28,710 nucleotides of DNA from a virus (Duplodnaviria; Caudoviricetes): the IMG/VR virus record IMGVR_UViG_3300037851_000004, positions 1-28,710 of that record, one strand, 5' to 3'. This document shows, in pieces, positions 25,315 to 28,710 of the stretch; the first letter of the stretch is position 1, and each line of letters begins with the position of its first letter. The notes below the pieces were generated by a model. That model ran no database searches. It worked only from the letters and a program-made list of their open reading frames with translations, and was not told where the DNA came from. The position numbers were made by a program, and so were the translations under genes.

Positions 25315-26397
25315 ATGGCTAAAATCAAATCCAGTTTCACCTCATCCTTGCGGGACAAGCTGACCAAGAATTCGACGCTAGATCATACCGCAACTCTGTC
25401 TGAATCGAAGTTGTTTTCTGACAGAGACATGATCCCAACAGCAATTCCAATGATTAATGTCGCCTTGTCTGGGCGACTAGACGGTGGTTTCACCCCTGGG
25501 CTTACTGCGCTTGCGGGCCCGTCAAAACATTTCAAGACAGGGTTTGCGTTGCTGTTCGTGGCTGCGTATTTCAAAAAGTACCACGACGCCATTTGTCTGT
25601 TCTACGATTCGGAATTTGGAACCCCGCAAGGTTACTTCCAAAGTTTCGGGATTGATATGGAGCGAGTGGTTCATAGTCCAATCACCGACGTAGAGCAGTT
25701 GAAGTTCGACCTCATGACGCAGTTGCAGGATGTTGGGCGCGATGAGCGCCTTATCATCGTCGTCGATTCGATTGGTAATTTGGCGTCGAAGAAGGAAGTT
25801 GAAGATGCGCTGGAGCAAAAGTCTGTGGCAGATATGACTCGCGCAAAGCAATTAAAGTCATTGTTCAGAATGGTGACTCCGCATTTGATGTTGAAAAATA
25901 TTCCGATGTTTGTGGTCAATCACACATACAAAGAAATCGGGTTGTTCCCGAAAGACATTATGGGTGGTGGTACGGGCCCGATGTATTCGTCCGATACTGT
26001 GTGGTTCTTGGGACGACAACAAGATAAGGAAGGTACTGAGACAGTTGGCTACAAGTTTGTCATCAATGTGGAGAAGTCTCGCTTTGTCAAGGAGAAGAGC
26101 AAGATTCTCATTGAGGTCGGTTTTAATAATGGTATTTCAAACTGGTCTGGGTTGTTAGAAGTTGCACAGGAGCTTGGCTTTGTCCAGAAGCCAAAGAACG
26201 GTTGGTACCAACGAGTAGACACCGAAACTGGTGAATTGGTTGGTAAGATGTATCGTGAAAGCGAAACCAACGATAAGGAATTTTGGTTGCCGATTCTTGG
26301 CGATAAGTCGTTTCAACAAAAGATCCAAGACAAATATAGACTTGAGGCCCATTCTATGATAGAATTGAAAGATGAAGTGGAGGAAGTAAATGAGTGA
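25315..26397 (+). CDS. uvsX: RecA-like recombinase UvsX
   Basis: INVALSG, AGPSKHFKT, FYDSEFG, VDSIGNLASKKE, DMTRAK, VNHTY, GGGTG and VEKSRFVKEK. Confidence 0.96.
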   Translation: MAKIKSSFTSSLRDKLTKNSTLDHTATLSESKLFSDRDMIPTAIPMINVALSGRLDGGFTPGLTALAGPSKHFKTGFALLFVAAYFKKYHDAICLFYDSEFGTPQGYFQSFGIDMERVVHSPITDVEQLKFDLMTQLQDVGRDERLIIVVDSIGNLASKKEVEDALEQKSVADMTRAKQLKSLFRMVTPHLMLKNIPMFVVNHTYKEIGLFPKDIMGGGTGPMYSSDTVWFLGRQQDKEGTETVGYKFVINVEKSRFVKEKSKILIEVGFNNGISNWSGLLEVAQELGFVQKPKNGWYQRVDTETGELVGKMYRESETNDKEFWLPILGDKSFQQKIQDKYRLEAHSMIELKDEVEEVNE

Positions 26398-26752
26398 GGC
26401 ACTAATGGCTAAAGCTGGCTATAAGTATGTCCCTTATTATCCGATGACAGTAGACGGGTCGCGCGATCTTACTAAGACAGACTTGTGGGCGGTGGAGGTT
26501 ACTGATGGCGTGTTTGCTGGTTTGCGGTATTTCTACTCCACGTGGGATTTGAAAACAGAAATGGATCCTATTCAGGCTAAGGAAGTGCGTCGTCTGAATT
26601 TCAAGTACGAAATATTGCCCGATAGCAAGATTGAGGAGCCGGCTGAAAGTGACCAGAAACTCCACATGCAAAGTTTGATGGGCAACATTCTGTTAAACAT
26701 TCTGGTTGAAGTGTCGAGGATTGAATGGCCGAAGAAAGAATCGAAAGACTGA
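26390..26752 (+). CDS. Hypothetical protein, possibly gp40-like head vertex assembly chaperone
   Basis: Occupies the gp40 position between uvsX and gp41 and has a similar size (120 aa). GGAGG SD. Sequence identity to gp40 is not verifiable by eye. Confidence 0.55.
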   Translation: MSEALMAKAGYKYVPYYPMTVDGSRDLTKTDLWAVEVTDGVFAGLRYFYSTWDLKTEMDPIQAKEVRRLNFKYEILPDSKIEEPAESDQKLHMQSLMGNILLNILVEVSRIEWPKKESKD

Positions 26753-28161
26753 TTCTGCGGGGTCTCTGTACGAATGATCACTACGGGCGCAAGGTGTTTC
26801 CACATCTGCGCCCGCAGTATTTTGAGAACCCCTCAGATCAGATTGTCTATAAGGCAATTGACCACATCTTTGAGAAGTATAACTCCCCACCAACAAAGGA
26901 TGCTTTGTTGGTTGCCCTTGCGTCGGACAAGTCCATTCCAGAGAACCTGTATCCGACGATCAAGGAGATTGTCGGTGGACTTGATCCGATTGAAGGAATC
27001 AACGAGGAGTGGTTGGTAGATCAGACTGAGGTATTTTGTAAGGACCGTGCAGTTTACAACGCCATCCTCCATTCTATTGAGATTATGGAGGGCAAAGATA
27101 AGAAGTATTCGAAGGACTCGCTGCCGCAGATTTTACAGGACGCGCTGGCGGTTGGATTTGACAACGACGTTGGGCATGATTACTTTGGTAATATTGGCGA
27201 ACGCTATGACTTTATCCATTCAGATGAAGCACGCATTCCGTTCAAGCTAAAGCTTTTGAATGAGGTTACAAAGGGTGGTGTTCCCCGCAAGACGTTGAAC
27301 ATCATCATGGCAGGTACGAACGTCGGTAAGTCAATGTTCATGTGCGACTGGGCTGCGTTTCTAGTGATGCAGGGCTACAATGTTCTATACGTCACAGCAG
27401 AAATGGCAGAGTTTCGTATCGCAGAACGCATCGATGCGAACCTGCTCAACGTAACGATTGAGGAGCTAAACGAATTTGGTAAGGCAATCTTCGAAGGCAG
27501 AATGGCGAAGCTGCATGAAAAGACTAAGGGCCGTCTAATCATCAAGGAGTACGCAACAGCAACCGCACATACAGGGCATCTTAATGCGTTGCTGAATGAA
27601 TTGAAGATCAAGCAAAACTTCAAGCCAGATATCATTTTCGTTGACTATCTAAATATCATGTGTTCGCAGAGGTTCAAGGTTGGTACAGATAGTTACACTT
27701 ACGTCAAGGCTATCGCGGAGGAGTTGCGTGGTTTTGCTGTAGTGCATGATGTGCCAGTGATTTCGGCTACACAGGTCAATCGTGGTGGCTATTCGAATAC
27801 CGACATGGATCTGGATGATACATCAGAGTCGTGGGGTCTGCCATCCACCGCAGACTTTTTCATTGCGCTAATCAGTTCTGAGGAACTGTTGAAGTTGAAT
27901 CAACAGATGGTGAAGCAACTGAAAAGTCGTTACGGGAATCCGAACAAAAAGAAACGCTTTGTTGTCGGTGTCGATCAGGAGAAGCAACGTTATTACGACG
28001 TTGAAGATAGGGCTCAACTAGTTGGGCAAAGTGCTGTGATGATTGCGGAGAAGGAGAAGTCAGCCGAGTCTATCACAAAGGATTTCTTCAAGCCTGAAAA
28101 ACCAAATGCGAGTTGGAGAGACAGCAAGGATAACAACAAATTTTCAGGGCTAAAGGTATGA
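26725..28161 (+). CDS. gp41: Replicative DnaB-like helicase gp41
   Basis: FCKDRAVYNAI, VGHDYF, MAGTNVGKS, TAEMAE.RIAERIDAN, FVDYLNI, SATQVNR, SESWGLPSTAD and KQLKSRY. Confidence 0.96.
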   Translation: MAEERIERLILRGLCTNDHYGRKVFPHLRPQYFENPSDQIVYKAIDHIFEKYNSPPTKDALLVALASDKSIPENLYPTIKEIVGGLDPIEGINEEWLVDQTEVFCKDRAVYNAILHSIEIMEGKDKKYSKDSLPQILQDALAVGFDNDVGHDYFGNIGERYDFIHSDEARIPFKLKLLNEVTKGGVPRKTLNIIMAGTNVGKSMFMCDWAAFLVMQGYNVLYVTAEMAEFRIAERIDANLLNVTIEELNEFGKAIFEGRMAKLHEKTKGRLIIKEYATATAHTGHLNALLNELKIKQNFKPDIIFVDYLNIMCSQRFKVGTDSYTYVKAIAEELRGFAVVHDVPVISATQVNRGGYSNTDMDLDDTSESWGLPSTADFFIALISSEELLKLNQQMVKQLKSRYGNPNKKKRFVVGVDQEKQRYYDVEDRAQLVGQSAVMIAEKEKSAESITKDFFKPEKPNASWRDSKDNNKFSGLKV

Positions 28162-28162
28162 T

Positions 28163-28710
28163 ATGTACCTCCAAGAAGAAATCGAAGATGGGCTTTGGGC
28201 CATTAGACACGATCTGTTGAATGCAGACTCGGTTATAGAACAGGCGAACATCATTTCGCCTGTGCTTGCTGAGTTTGGTGTGAAGTTTAGGAAGGGCTCG
28301 CGCCCGTATAAGAATTGGTCGCTTGTTGGCTTCTATGACCCAAATCGTGATGACATTCTCATTGTGTTAGGCAACAAAGACACCAAGAAACCCAATCCAT
28401 TTCGAAGCGAAGCTCATTGTAGCCTCTTTCTTTTTGACTTGAATACCACCGTACAGCATGAGCTAATCCATAAATATCAATGGATGTGGCGCGATCCCAC
28501 TACCTATGTATCTAGAGTTTATAAGGTAGACTCTAAGAGGCAGAAGTATTATGGTGACTATGACGAGATTGAAACGCAAGCGCACGATCTTGCGATGGAG
28601 ATGCGATTTTACTATCCAGATTTGGGTGTGAATGATATAATCAAGGAATATCATTATGGAGATATCAATTTGCCTACGTTGAACAATTACATGAAGGCGT
28701 TCAAAGGCGA
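28163..28710 (+). CDS. HExxH zincin-like metallopeptidase, 3' truncated by window edge (absent from the ORF track)
   Basis: Manual translation from ATG 28163 is open to the window end: MYLQEEIEDGLWAIRHD...VGFYDP...TTVQHELIHKYQ...YYGDYDEIETQAHD. HELIH lies at 28457-28471. Confidence 0.72.
   Translation, partial: MYLQEEIEDGLWAIRHDLLNADSVIEQANIISPVLAEFGVKFRKGSRPYKNWSLVGFYDPNRDDILIVLGNKDTKKPNPFRSEAHCSLFLFDLNTTVQHELIHKYQWMWRDPTTYVSRVYKVDSKRQKYYGDYDEIETQAHDLAMEMRFYYPDLGVNDIIKEYHYGDINLPTLNNYMKAFKG

Noticed and set aside
22789-28161. Introns, inteins or homing endonucleases in gp43, uvsX or gp41
   Set aside because: The ORFs are continuous and of normal length. I saw no intein termini and no LAGLIDADG, GIY-YIG or HNH motifs.
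1-28710. tRNA, rRNA or CRISPR arrays
   Set aside because: Intergenic gaps are short, and I saw no cloverleaf or regularly spaced repeats.
1-28710. Apparent frequency of TCTAGA/CTAG sites as a sign of relaxed restriction-site avoidance
   Set aside because: This was noticed by eye only. It needs a Markov-corrected k-mer count before any claim can be made.

Overview
This window is the replication, recombination and late-transcription core of a T4-like (myovirus-type) phage genome. All supported genes are on the + strand, in the order uvsY(partial)-uvsW-orf-gp55-[inserted cluster]-gp47-gp46-def-glycosyltransferase-VWA/CobT-like-MoxR/CobS-like-wHTH-DUF3310-like-gp45-gp44-gp62-regA-hsp20-orfs-HslV-like-orf-gp43-uvsX-gp40-like-gp41-HExxH orf(partial). 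The main accessory feature is a tightly coupled 7-deazaguanine operon between gp55 and gp47 (3237-8550). It contains queE, folE, a DpdA/TGT-fold transglycosylase, a DpdL-like T-fold protein, a GT-B glycosyltransferase resembling GTDC1/QTMAN, a mannose-6-phosphate-isomerase-type cupin and queD. No queC or queF is present in the window. The transglycosylase and a second glycosyltransferase end in peptides resembling the clamp-binding tail of the phage polymerase. Together these suggest a possibly undescribed, clamp-coupled, sugar-decorated deazaguanine DNA modification, which is an inference. Non-coding signals include several near-consensus sigma70 promoters (one perfect and antisense), a duplicated IHF-box/promoter module, and a ROSE-like thermometer before hsp20. 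All family assignments come from motif recognition and gene order, not from database searches.
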